NCBI GenBank assembly: GCA_022796475.1
Contig: JAAWIS010000001.1
Location: forward strand, 22,219-86,218
Length of the DNA: 64,000 bases
Reading direction: 5' to 3'
Source: Lachnospiraceae bacterium
GTDB taxonomy: Bacteria; Bacillota; Clostridia; Lachnospirales; Lachnospiraceae
Shown: one piece after another, positions 46,463 through 55,696 of the stretch
How positions within the stretch are numbered: the first letter of the stretch is position 1
Layout of the letters: each line of letters opens with the position of its first letter
Made by a program: the position numbers and the translations under genes
The notes under the pieces: model-generated
The model's input: the letters and a program-made list of their open reading frames with translations, nothing else
Told to the model about the DNA's origin: nothing
The model's database searches: none

Positions 46463-48196
46463 ATGATTATGCACAAATTAGCACGTTACTCTGCTGCTGT
46501 GCTGTTATCCCTTTCCATGGCTTCAGCCGGAATGATGACCGCATATGCAGACGAAACCGTGGACTATTCTCAAATTGGCCCCGGTTTCTCAAATGAAGCC
46601 CCAGCAGACGGGGAAAGCCAGGCTACTGTAATTCAAACTGACAGCAATTCAAACAGTGGACAGGAAGCTTCTGGCGAAGGCACAGGCGAAACCGCTGCCG
46701 CTTCGGAAGGTACCGGTGAAACGGCTCCCGCACAAAGCACAGGTGAAACCACTGCCCCAGAAGGCACTGGCGGCGGCACCCAGACAGACGGACAGGAACA
46801 AACAAACCAGGAAACTCCTGCCTTTACCTTTACTTCTGATGAAGAAGCATCCATGAGGGCTTATCTGCGCACACAGGAATATGGGGAAGCAGTTCCCTAC
46901 ATTGCTGCCAGCGCCCTGCGGAACGGCGGATTCTGGACCCCTTCCTTTATCGGCGACGATACCATCCATAACCTTGGAAACGGCTGGTATTCCGTTCAGA
47001 TGATTTTAAGAAATACCCTTGGCAATATCCTTTACCGTACCTATTCCAGTACAGTAGGCTGGTCAGAGTGGGTAATGAACGGCGCTGAAACTCCTCATTT
47101 AACGGACGGTTCTGCTGTGGAAGCAATACAGGTCCGCATTGCCGGAGTTATCAGCAACGACTACGATATCTATTACCATTCCACCTTATCTGACGGAACT
47201 GTTTTAGACTGGGCGAAAAACGGACAAACTTCCGGCTCCATGGCGGAAGGAAAATGGCTTATCGGATTCCGCATGGCTCTGATTCCCAAAAACACCCAGT
47301 TCCCTTATGCCACAGAACATACGGTATCTGCACCTGCCGGAACAGACGGCATCCAGTTTACCGGAAGTGTTCCCACTTATAAAGACGGAAGCGGACAGCC
47401 CTTTACCGGATGGGCATGGGTAAACAATCAGAGATACTACATTGTAAATAACCAGGCTGTTACCGGATGGCAGTACATAGACGGATTCAAGTATTTCTTC
47501 GATGACAATGGAATGCTGGTATCGGATCTTCGTGAAATTTTAGGAGATGCCCGTCCTTACATGCTGAAAATCAACCGCGTAACTGATACGCTGACTGTAT
47601 ATGCCCAGGATGGCGCTAACGGCTATATTCTGCCTGTGGTATCCTTCCTGACCACCACGGGAGATGATACGCCTTACGGCACTTTCCGCGTTCCGGCCAA
47701 ATACCGCTGGAGACTGATGTACGGCGATGTATATACCCAGTACGCAATGCGTTTAAAAGACGGCTTTATGGTGCATTCTGTTATCTTTAACCACCAGAAT
47801 CCCTACTCTTTGGATGCGTCTACTTATAATAATTTGGGAATCGGACGTTCTCACGGCTGCACCCGCTTAAAGACGGGAGAGATGAAGTGGATCTATGACA
47901 ACTGCCCAGAGGGTACAACGGTACAGATTTATGATTCCCATATTCCGGGACCATTTGAAGCTCCGGTGCTGGAAGCCACCATTCCGCCGGATCAGAACTA
48001 TGATCCCACTGATCCCACCGTTCCGGAAGCTGTAGCAGCTATGCAGGCAGCCTTAGCTCAGAAACAGGCAGAAGAGCAGGCTAAGCAGGAAGCTGCCGCC
48101 CAAACCGGTGAAGCAGAAAACACCCAGGATGCAGGCGCTGGAGAAGCAGCCCAGCAGGATGCCTCTGTTCCCATGCCGTCTAACCCAATCAGCTAA
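46463..48196 (+). CDS. Secreted L,D-transpeptidase (YkuD) with ChW repeats and cell-wall-binding repeats
   Basis: CAGGAGG RBS and a signal peptide ending AYA/DE. A low-complexity TGE-rich spacer follows. ChW-like repeats are present (GWSEWVMNGAETPHLTDGSAVEAIQVRI; LDWAKNGQTSGSMAEGKWLIGFRMAL). CW_binding-type repeats are present (GWAWVNNQRYYIVNNQAVTGWQYIDGFKYFFDDNGMLV). The YkuD catalytic block reads HSVIFNH...GRSHGCTRL. Confidence 0.85.
   Translation: MIMHKLARYSAAVLLSLSMASAGMMTAYADETVDYSQIGPGFSNEAPADGESQATVIQTDSNSNSGQEASGEGTGETAAASEGTGETAPAQSTGETTAPEGTGGGTQTDGQEQTNQETPAFTFTSDEEASMRAYLRTQEYGEAVPYIAASALRNGGFWTPSFIGDDTIHNLGNGWYSVQMILRNTLGNILYRTYSSTVGWSEWVMNGAETPHLTDGSAVEAIQVRIAGVISNDYDIYYHSTLSDGTVLDWAKNGQTSGSMAEGKWLIGFRMALIPKNTQFPYATEHTVSAPAGTDGIQFTGSVPTYKDGSGQPFTGWAWVNNQRYYIVNNQAVTGWQYIDGFKYFFDDNGMLVSDLREILGDARPYMLKINRVTDTLTVYAQDGANGYILPVVSFLTTTGDDTPYGTFRVPAKYRWRLMYGDVYTQYAMRLKDGFMVHSVIFNHQNPYSLDASTYNNLGIGRSHGCTRLKTGEMKWIYDNCPEGTTVQIYDSHIPGPFEAPVLEATIPPDQNYDPTDPTVPEAVAAMQAALAQKQAEEQAKQEAAAQTGEAENTQDAGAGEAAQQDASVPMPSNPIS
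46673..46777 (+). repeat. Imperfect tandem coding repeat (G-E-G-T-G-E-T-A units)
   Basis: It encodes GEGTGETAAASEGTGETAPAQSTGETTAPEGTGGG inside the Ldt spacer. The DNA units GGCACAGGCGAAACC / GGTACCGGTGAAACG / AGCACAGGTGAAACC are recognisable. Confidence 0.6.
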
Positions 48197-48273
48197 CCGG
48201 GAATCAAACTATAAAAATTTGCTAGTGTTTTGACCAGATTCTATTCAGTCAGGACACTGGCACCGATCACAAA

Positions 48274-48313
48274 CCGCCGGCGAAAGTAAATACTTACCGC
48301 CGGCGGCTTTTTT
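48274..48313 (+). terminator. Rho-independent terminator after the L,D-transpeptidase gene
   Basis: CCGCCGGCG with a 15-nt loop and CGCCGGCGG gives a 9-bp GC stem. It is followed by C and T6. Confidence 0.75.
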
Positions 48314-48326
48314 GAAAGGAAACGTT

Positions 48327-49034
48327 ATGAAACTTTCGATTATGCAGCCCTATTTTTTCCCTTATCTTGGCTATTGGCAATTAATTGCCAGCGGGGATTG
48401 TTTCGTAATTTATGACGATGTAAACTTTATAAAAGGAGGCTGGATCAACCGGAACCGGTATCTATACCAGGGGGAAGCCAAATACTTTAACATTACCATG
48501 TCCGGCGCAAGCCCCAATAAAAAAATTAATGAAATTGAACTGATGCAGAGTTCCCGGTTCCATCCCGGAAAAAAGCTGCTGTCCACCCTTCAGATGGCAT
48601 ACCAAAAGGCTCCTATGTACCGGGAAATCATTCCCCTTTTAGAAACGATCATTCTCTATCCAGAAGATAACCTGGCCCGTTATCTGGAATATTCCATCCG
48701 CTCCTTATGCGAGTATTTGGAAATTCCAACTAAAATCCTGGTTTCCTCCCAAATCCCCCAAAAGGACAGCAGCCTGGCAAAAGAGAAAAAGGTGCTGGAT
48801 ATCTGCCGCTGCCTTGGGGCTGATACTTACATCAATGCCATCGGAGGGCAGGCTCTTTACAGCCGAAAGGAGTTCGAACAAGCAGGAATCCGCCTGTTCT
48901 TTATCCGAATGAACCCTATCGAGTACCCTCAATACCATTCACCTTTCGTTCCCGGTCTGTCGATTATCGATGTGCTGATGTTTAATAACCGGAAAACTGT
49001 TCAGCAGCTTTTAACAGAATATACCTTGGAATAA
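48327..49034 (+). CDS. WbqC-family protein
   Basis: MKLSIMQPYFFPYLGYWQLI...DDVNFIKGGWINRN is the WbqC-like N-terminal signature. The start is set at ATG 48327. The track starts at a TTG inside the terminator T-run. Confidence 0.8.
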   Translation: MKLSIMQPYFFPYLGYWQLIASGDCFVIYDDVNFIKGGWINRNRYLYQGEAKYFNITMSGASPNKKINEIELMQSSRFHPGKKLLSTLQMAYQKAPMYREIIPLLETIILYPEDNLARYLEYSIRSLCEYLEIPTKILVSSQIPQKDSSLAKEKKVLDICRCLGADTYINAIGGQALYSRKEFEQAGIRLFFIRMNPIEYPQYHSPFVPGLSIIDVLMFNNRKTVQQLLTEYTLE

Positions 49035-49116
49035 TTGGGTCAGCATGGGGCATTGCAGAAGGCAAAGGATTTTGCCCTCTTCTGGCAAAATAATGTACCG
49101 GCGCCTTTTGAAGCCG

Positions 49117-50133
49117 CTATATGAGAGAAAGCAAACGATCAAGGATTTCTCTCATATCCGCCTCCTGGTAACGCTGATCCACTGGCAACGGCAAAATATT
49201 TTCCGCCATCTGGCAGTCAGCCGAATCCTTTGGACACTGTTTTTCCACTTCAGGCCACAGGCACGGGATATACACCTTATGCCGGATCAGTTCCCGGCGA
49301 ATTTCCGGCCCCTTTCCCAAACCTTCTTTTAACCAGAGGGGATATGCAAACGCTCCGGGAATCATTGGGAGAAACAGCCGGTTCATATGGCTTAATTGAC
49401 GGGAAAGAAAAGAAAAATTGCGGGTACGGCGAGCGTTTGCTTCTTCATAGTCAATGGCCCGAAGCAAATTATGGGTCAGACTTGACATTTGCTTTACCGG
49501 CTCACTGGTAAACCTTTCATTATTTTCGGCATATTCCTGATAAAACTTAGAAGCCGGTGCTTCATAGCGGCCTAGCAGAAAGTGCATTCGGTCAAAGGAT
49601 TGATCCATTGGCAGCAGGCTGTACTGCTGCCAGGCAGATTCTGAAAACCGTTTCATCCTTCCGGCATATTCTTGATCGTCTTTCAGCCCCAGGGACAGAT
49701 ATGCTCCGTCCGGAACGCCGAAAAACTTACGGCAGCTATAAAGAGTATCTGCCCCGGCAAGAGGCGGCCGAAAAAATGCATGGGTATGATCCACAATCAC
49801 CTGGCCAAACTGGCGAATCATAGCTTCCATTTCGCAGGAAGCAAACACGCCGTAATGATTCACGATATACAGCCATTCCCCATTTTCTAATTCTTTGTCA
49901 AACACCGGGCGAAACCCATCATCTACCTGGTAAAATTCCCAGGAAATTCTCTCTGCTTCACATGCCTCCCACACGGTAGAACAGCAAAATCCCGGAAGAT
50001 ACAGTTTTTTTATGTTTCTTATGCGGATTAAAAACCGCAGGGCGCCCCGTCCGCTGTTAAAAGACAAAAGATTTGGATAGTACTCCTGCCCTCTGTACGT
50101 ATCAAGCTGGATATATCCTCCGTATTCTTTCAT
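49117..50133 (-). CDS. DegT-like PLP-dependent-fold protein (function uncertain)
   Basis: The start is set at MKEYGGYIQLD (ATG 50133), with a GAGGTGG RBS. The blocks VDHTHAF, YSCRKFFGVPDGAYL (candidate Lys) and the C-terminal ILPLPVDQRY resemble divergent DegT/WecE-type enzymes. Confidence 0.45.
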   Translation of the reverse strand: MKEYGGYIQLDTYRGQEYYPNLLSFNSGRGALRFLIRIRNIKKLYLPGFCCSTVWEACEAERISWEFYQVDDGFRPVFDKELENGEWLYIVNHYGVFASCEMEAMIRQFGQVIVDHTHAFFRPPLAGADTLYSCRKFFGVPDGAYLSLGLKDDQEYAGRMKRFSESAWQQYSLLPMDQSFDRMHFLLGRYEAPASKFYQEYAENNERFTSEPVKQMSSLTHNLLRAIDYEEANARRTRNFSFLSRQLSHMNRLFLPMIPGAFAYPLWLKEGLGKGPEIRRELIRHKVYIPCLWPEVEKQCPKDSADCQMAENILPLPVDQRYQEADMREILDRLLSLI

Positions 50134-50150
50134 ATTCGTTCCACCTCTTA

Positions 50151-51596
50151 TCACTTCAAAATCCGTTCCTTTATTACTCTTATCAAATAGCAGAAACTTT
50201 CCAGGTGAAATCCTGCTGAAAGGCCTCCATAAATCACGATCCCCGAAAATACCTGCAGCGCCAGACCAAAAATACCGGAAGGCAAAAGAACCCCTATCCC
50301 ATATACGGCTGCCCCCATAACCGCTGAAACTGCAAGAGCCGGAAGGATATCCTTCCAAAGCTGTACCATGGAATAGCCCAAAAGTTTCTGATTTGGCCAT
50401 GCATTAATAAACGTGCAGAAAAAATCACCGAACGCTTTCCAGGCAATAAAGTAAACTGCACCGCAGCGAATGCTGAGCACTAAAATCGCCGCTCCAAAAA
50501 GCTTTTTTATGATCTCCAGCTTTAAAAACAGATCGCTGCGCCCCATAGCGTTTAATGCCTGAAGATTTGCAATATCCATGGGCCAAACTGCATAGGCCAA
50601 ACAGGAAATCTGCAGAAACGGTACACATGCCAGCCATTTTTCCCCCAAAAGCACCAAAACCAGATTATCTGCCGCCGCAGCCAGGCCGGCCATCATGGGA
50701 AGTACCAGAAATACGCTGACCTTTATTGCGCGCCGAAGCATATGAGCCACTTCCTTTGGATTGGACTGGTGAGCTGATAATGCCGGAAGCATAACTGATT
50801 GAATAGCAGTTCCTAAATTTGTTACAATCAATTTCGGAAACTGCTCTCCCCGGCTGTAAATCCCCATCGTGTGCTCATCATAAATCTTCCCTACTACCAG
50901 CCCATAAAGGTTCATAAACAGCGTATCAATCAAAGCTGCACACAGAAGTTTCCAACCAAACCGGAACATTGCTTCCACACGTTCCACAGCAAATATAAGC
51001 TTAGGCCGCCAGGGAACTGCAAGAAATAAAACTGCCGCCAGGGCAAAATAATAGACTAACTGCTGTCCTACCAGGGCCCACACGCCAAAACCTGCCGCTG
51101 CCATGCCGATTCCGGCTCCTCCGGAAATTACTGCTGCTGCTACGGTTGCCATGCACAGGCCTTTAAACTGCATCTTTCTGGCTACAAAGGCATTCTGCAC
51201 CGAAATGACCGCCCCTGGAAATAATACCAGCGAAAGAGAGCGGACTATTGCGGTCATTTCCAAATTCCGGTAAAATCCGGCAATCTGAGGCGCTGCCAAA
51301 AATAAAATCCCATAGGCAGCCCCGGCAGTTCCTAAATTTACATACAGTACCGACGAATAATCCCGCTCATCCGTTTGCTGCTTTTGAATTAAAGCTGTTC
51401 CAAAGCCGTTTTGTACAATCACGTTTGCAATGGTAACGAAAATCAATACAATATTAATAATTCCGTATTCGTCTGGCGAAAGGAGTCTTGCCAGTATAAT
51501 CGAAATTACAAATTGGATTCCCTGGGAACCTCCATTTTCCATTACTTTCCAAAACAGACCATTTACGATCTGATTCCTGGTTCCTCTCTCTGCCAT
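50151..51596 (-). CDS. wzx: Wzx-type polysaccharide flippase (MOP superfamily)
   Basis: N-terminal NGLFWKVMENGGSQGIQFVISIILARLLSPDEYG is typical of polysaccharide biosynthesis protein (PF01943-like) members. About 14 helices. Confidence 0.8.
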   Translation of the reverse strand: MAERGTRNQIVNGLFWKVMENGGSQGIQFVISIILARLLSPDEYGIINIVLIFVTIANVIVQNGFGTALIQKQQTDERDYSSVLYVNLGTAGAAYGILFLAAPQIAGFYRNLEMTAIVRSLSLVLFPGAVISVQNAFVARKMQFKGLCMATVAAAVISGGAGIGMAAAGFGVWALVGQQLVYYFALAAVLFLAVPWRPKLIFAVERVEAMFRFGWKLLCAALIDTLFMNLYGLVVGKIYDEHTMGIYSRGEQFPKLIVTNLGTAIQSVMLPALSAHQSNPKEVAHMLRRAIKVSVFLVLPMMAGLAAAADNLVLVLLGEKWLACVPFLQISCLAYAVWPMDIANLQALNAMGRSDLFLKLEIIKKLFGAAILVLSIRCGAVYFIAWKAFGDFFCTFINAWPNQKLLGYSMVQLWKDILPALAVSAVMGAAVYGIGVLLPSGIFGLALQVFSGIVIYGGLSAGFHLESFCYLIRVIKERILK

Positions 51597-53696
51597 TTAA
51601 CAGCGATCCTTTCCAAAGACCAGCTTTCGCAAGAAGCGGTACAGCCATGGCGCCGTCATCTCAAACCGAATAAAAAACCGAGTCCTAAAATCAAGTTCCT
51701 TATAAAAGCTTCGGTAGCCGGGAGCCAGAACCTTTTTGTATTCCTTTACATTTAAATACGTAAGAAAATCCATCCTGCGCAAGGCTCTTTGGATTGCGCC
51801 GTCATAAATGCCCCCAGTTTCCTTAGAAAAGCCCCGGTACATAATTTTCATGGCATTGTGATGGTCAATCAGATTTTGTTTATAATTTCCCTGCTTCATC
51901 AGTGCGCTCCAGGATACGGACACCCCCTGCTGATAAACTGACATCTTCCTGTCCATATAGTATACTGTCCCCTTTGCCGCCATGTGAAGCTGAATGGGAA
52001 TATCCCCTACCGGGCTGACGTAATAATAGTCCTTCAGATCCCTGGTATATTCGGTCCGGAACAGAAGGGAGGCGGTAGGATAGTTTGACGCCTTGTCAAT
52101 TACTTCTCCTGGTAAAATCAAGCGATTTTTCCGGTATGGGCGAATTTCTAAGGACTGGATGGCCTTTTCCTGGGTTTCGATTTTGGCGCTGTGAAGGCAC
52201 ATGGCGCATTCTGGGTGTGCTTCCATATAGTCCACCTGAAGCTGCAGCTTGTTTGGATCTGTCCAGTAATCGTCACCGTCGCACATAGCAATATAAGTTC
52301 CCTTTGCCCTTGGATAATTAAAAAAGCCTTCTACATTATATTTTCCTTGAGAGTATTGATTTTCTTTCTGATAATAGGGCTTGATCCGATCCGGATATTT
52401 CGCTTCATATTCCCGTATGATTTCCTGGGTTCTGTCAGTAGACGCATCGTCATACACCAGAATTTCAAAATTAAAATTCGTCTTCTGCATCAGGAAACTG
52501 TCCAGAGCCCTTGCAATATATGTTTCATGGTTAAAGGTAATGCAGCTAATGCTTACCAAAATTTCGTCGGAAGCTTTCTCTCGTTTCATCATATTATTTT
52601 CTGCGCCATTGGCACGATCCTTTCTTTTCTCCCTTTTAAGAGCCTGCCTCTGCCTTCCGTATACCCCCAGACACAGCCAGTGATACAGCCGGCACAAATC
52701 ATGCCCCAGCAAAAAGGCAGCCGCCTGGTTTTTCAGCCGGTTCTTCTCAAATCCAAAAAAGGCAATCCTGCGGATAAGAGCCTGTAATTCTTCCCTTCCG
52801 GCCAGTTTTTTTATTTCCTGATAACATTCGGATAAAGGCTTTAAAGTCCGGTAATAACTGTGTCCGGCAAACCCGCAGATATGGAATAACATTTCCTGAT
52901 CCATCCTGTTTCGTACCATCGGGGAACTTTTCGCTGTCTTCATAAATTCCTCTATGGCCTTAAGAAGCAGGAAACAGCTTTCCACCCCCTCTGGATGGTA
53001 TCTGCCGATTAAACTTCTTTGGGAAGGATCCTGCCAGTAATACAGGTAACTGCCTGGGATACATGCAATCCGTTTGCAAAAAGTAAGATAGCGAACGCAA
53101 AACCAGATATCTTCATTAATGGAAATCCCTTCCGGATACCGGAGCTGATGCTCTTGAATCAGCGGAACCCAATACAGCTTATTGCTTTGGGTACGAAGCA
53201 TCAAGTTCTCATAAAGCGGAAGAAACAATTCCTCAGAAAAGCGGTGAAGTGTTCCCTGCCACACATCCTGCCTTCCTGCTTTCCCGGAAAGGGCGTGAAC
53301 TTCCGGCCTTCTTTGATCCTCATAAACCCGGGAAAAACCACAGATTGCAGTCTGGGCATGGCATGACTTTGCACTGTTTAACAGTTCCCTTACCATATCT
53401 TTATGAATATAGTCATCCCCGTCAATCAAAAGCAGCCATTGGCCAGTTATCCGATCCAGCCCTGCATTCCTGGCACTGGCCGCGCCTCCATTTTTCTTAT
53501 GAATCACCTGGATCCGCTTGTCCTCACTGGCCTCTCTGGAGCAGATTTCCAATGATCCGTCTGTAGAGCCGTCGTCCACCAGTATCATTTCCAGATTCTC
53601 ATAGCTTTGAAGCCGGAGGGAACGGATACACCGTTCCAAATAAGCTTCCGAATTATATACCGGGACTACGATTGAAACCAAATCATTCCCTTCCAT
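51597..53696 (-). CDS. Tandem GT2-GT2 bifunctional glycosyltransferase
   Basis: Domain 1 shows VSIVVPVYNSEAYLERCIRSL...LVDDGSTDGS...IDGDD. A basic linker follows (KREKRKDRANGAENN). Domain 2 shows VSISCITFNHETYIARALDSF...VYDDASTD...CDGDD. Confidence 0.85.
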   Translation of the reverse strand: MEGNDLVSIVVPVYNSEAYLERCIRSLRLQSYENLEMILVDDGSTDGSLEICSREASEDKRIQVIHKKNGGAASARNAGLDRITGQWLLLIDGDDYIHKDMVRELLNSAKSCHAQTAICGFSRVYEDQRRPEVHALSGKAGRQDVWQGTLHRFSEELFLPLYENLMLRTQSNKLYWVPLIQEHQLRYPEGISINEDIWFCVRYLTFCKRIACIPGSYLYYWQDPSQRSLIGRYHPEGVESCFLLLKAIEEFMKTAKSSPMVRNRMDQEMLFHICGFAGHSYYRTLKPLSECYQEIKKLAGREELQALIRRIAFFGFEKNRLKNQAAAFLLGHDLCRLYHWLCLGVYGRQRQALKREKRKDRANGAENNMMKREKASDEILVSISCITFNHETYIARALDSFLMQKTNFNFEILVYDDASTDRTQEIIREYEAKYPDRIKPYYQKENQYSQGKYNVEGFFNYPRAKGTYIAMCDGDDYWTDPNKLQLQVDYMEAHPECAMCLHSAKIETQEKAIQSLEIRPYRKNRLILPGEVIDKASNYPTASLLFRTEYTRDLKDYYYVSPVGDIPIQLHMAAKGTVYYMDRKMSVYQQGVSVSWSALMKQGNYKQNLIDHHNAMKIMYRGFSKETGGIYDGAIQRALRRMDFLTYLNVKEYKKVLAPGYRSFYKELDFRTRFFIRFEMTAPWLYRFLRKLVFGKDRC

Positions 53697-53766
53697 ATTT
53701 CTGCAACCTCCTGCGCAATTTTAAGGCGTACCATCCAGGCTCCAATCCTGTGCAAAATGCTGTAAA

Positions 53767-55680
53767 TTACCAGCTTAATTTCAGCACCTTGCTGCAAAAC
53801 CAGATTTCCAGCCGGACTGCCTGGAAAAAGGCCCGGACAGCCAGTTCCTGAAGGGGATTGATGGTTAAATACTGTTTGTAATAATACATGGCGCTTTGAT
53901 TCCGAATCTTTTGCCTCTGCCAAATATCCTGATAAGTTTTTGAAATGCTTTCCGAATGACGGTGCACATAATAATCCGTTAAGAGAATAGCGGTCTGATA
54001 TCCCTTCTGCTTTAGTTTCCTGCCCAGAATCTCTTCTTCGTGATAAAGGAATACCGCTTCATCATAACCGCCGCACTCTACCATCTTTTGTCCGTCTACC
54101 ATAAGAAGTGAGCCATGGACTGCATCTGCTAAAACAACTTTTTTCCCCTTAAAATAGCCTTCCCTGTACTCTAACAATCCCCGGAAAAGCCGCCTGCATA
54201 CAGGGCCGCTCCGGGCCAGATTCCCCCAAAGTCCCAGTATTGGCCAGCCATTTTTCTGCCTGCCGTAAACCGGATCCTTCATGGCTGCTGACACTGCCCC
54301 GAAATCAGGATTTGCCTCCAGCAGACCCTTTAAGCGCCAAATTAATCTTTCTGAAAATTCCACGTCTGGATTTGCAATCAATACATAGTCTGCATACAGC
54401 ACCTGGCAGGAATAGAAAATTCCCAGGTTATTTCCTGCTCCATAACCTCCGTTTTTCTCTGCTTCCAGCAAAATAACCTGTTCCCGGCCAAGCCCTTCTA
54501 TTGCAGCCTTTAGTTTTCTTACAGAGCCGTCTGTTGAATGGTTGTCAACCACTACGACAGCATCTAACGCCTGATAAAGGCAAATCTTTTTAACCAGCTT
54601 TATTGTGGTTTCTGCATCATTATAGTTAAGAATCACACAACTTACTTTTTTTTTTCGCTGGTTCGGCTGACACTCTGCCATCTTTTGCCTGCCGTTTTTC
54701 AAATTCCTTCCCTGAACAGCTTTCATACCCCAGTTCCGGCTAATCCATCGGCGAACCGGAGGACAGATTAAGGTTACGTAATCCATCATATGATACGCTA
54801 ACAGATACGCCCGCTGCCCTAAGCCGCCGCCTTCCTTAGGCGTTCCCGCCCACGGCGTCATTTCCAGATACTGTTCATAAGCCCGGCGGTAATGTCCCAA
54901 ATTCCCCGCTTTCCAAGGCCGTTCATCTCCGGCAAAATGGAGAATAGCCGGGTGCTTTTTTGCCTTGTTAAAGGTGTTTTTCGGCACAGCCCGGTAAGAA
55001 ACTGACTGCTTTGCCAGCTCTTCATAAGAAAAGTACCGATAGTTGGTGAAAAAATTATATCTTGGAGATAAGGACTTTATTTGTCCCTTAAATGCCCCGT
55101 TTAAGGTATCCTGATCACATGCAAAAACCATTCCGCCCATTTTCCCGTAAAAGTCTATCAGCTTTTTCTCTGCCTCTCTTTTACGCCAGGCTGCCAAATC
55201 TATCAAAAGCACCCCCGAATTATAGTAGGGTTCTTCCTCCTTTAGTCCCACGCTCCTTTTTACCTGCGGATAAATCGTAGGCTCCATAACAGCTCCAAGC
55301 AAACGCCCCTTTAAGTCGTTTTCCCACAGCTTCTTTAGGGAGGATACCACAAGAGTATCACAGTCTAAATAAAGTACACGCTTTACATCATCCGGAAGCA
55401 CTGACCCTACAAACAAGCGGCCCATAGCACTGATATCAAAACCACCGGTGTCAATTGCATATGGAAACCGCTTCCGTAAATCTCCCATAGGAATAAAGAT
55501 AATCTCTCGTTTAAACTGCTCCGCCGTTTCCTTCAGTCTGTCCTGGTTTTCCTGGCTTAGATCCACTGCCAGAACAAAAATACGGATCCGTTCTTCCACC
55601 TGATTATAATCCATCAGGGAATACATAGATACCGCCATATGCCTGGCATACTTATCATTGGAAGCATATACCACATCCAT
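53767..55680 (-). CDS. GT8-GT2 fusion glycosyltransferase
   Basis: The N-terminal GT8 domain shows MDVVYASNDKYARHMAVSMYSL and LYLDCDTLVV. The C-terminal GT2 domain shows VSCVILNYNDAETT and VVDNHSTDGS. An A10 tract (plus-strand T10, 54646-54655) sits in the inter-domain linker QRKKKV. Confidence 0.85.
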   Translation of the reverse strand: MDVVYASNDKYARHMAVSMYSLMDYNQVEERIRIFVLAVDLSQENQDRLKETAEQFKREIIFIPMGDLRKRFPYAIDTGGFDISAMGRLFVGSVLPDDVKRVLYLDCDTLVVSSLKKLWENDLKGRLLGAVMEPTIYPQVKRSVGLKEEEPYYNSGVLLIDLAAWRKREAEKKLIDFYGKMGGMVFACDQDTLNGAFKGQIKSLSPRYNFFTNYRYFSYEELAKQSVSYRAVPKNTFNKAKKHPAILHFAGDERPWKAGNLGHYRRAYEQYLEMTPWAGTPKEGGGLGQRAYLLAYHMMDYVTLICPPVRRWISRNWGMKAVQGRNLKNGRQKMAECQPNQRKKKVSCVILNYNDAETTIKLVKKICLYQALDAVVVVDNHSTDGSVRKLKAAIEGLGREQVILLEAEKNGGYGAGNNLGIFYSCQVLYADYVLIANPDVEFSERLIWRLKGLLEANPDFGAVSAAMKDPVYGRQKNGWPILGLWGNLARSGPVCRRLFRGLLEYREGYFKGKKVVLADAVHGSLLMVDGQKMVECGGYDEAVFLYHEEEILGRKLKQKGYQTAILLTDYYVHRHSESISKTYQDIWQRQKIRNQSAMYYYKQYLTINPLQELAVRAFFQAVRLEIWFCSKVLKLSW

Positions 55681-55696
55681 AATGCGTTCTCCTTTG

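Noticed and set aside
46673-46777. Short tandem repeats that could be mistaken for a CRISPR-like or VNTR array.
   Set aside because: The units are about 24-27 nt, imperfect and in frame within the L,D-transpeptidase ORF (the GTGETA peptide repeat). There are no spacers. It is a coding low-complexity linker.
50134-50400. 89-aa N-terminal extension of the 427-aa ORF (49117-50400).
   Set aside because: It overlaps the Wzx flippase 3' end and is a Gly/Ser/Phe-rich shadow sequence. The internal ATG at 50133 has a GAGGTGG RBS and lies 15 nt after the wzx stop.
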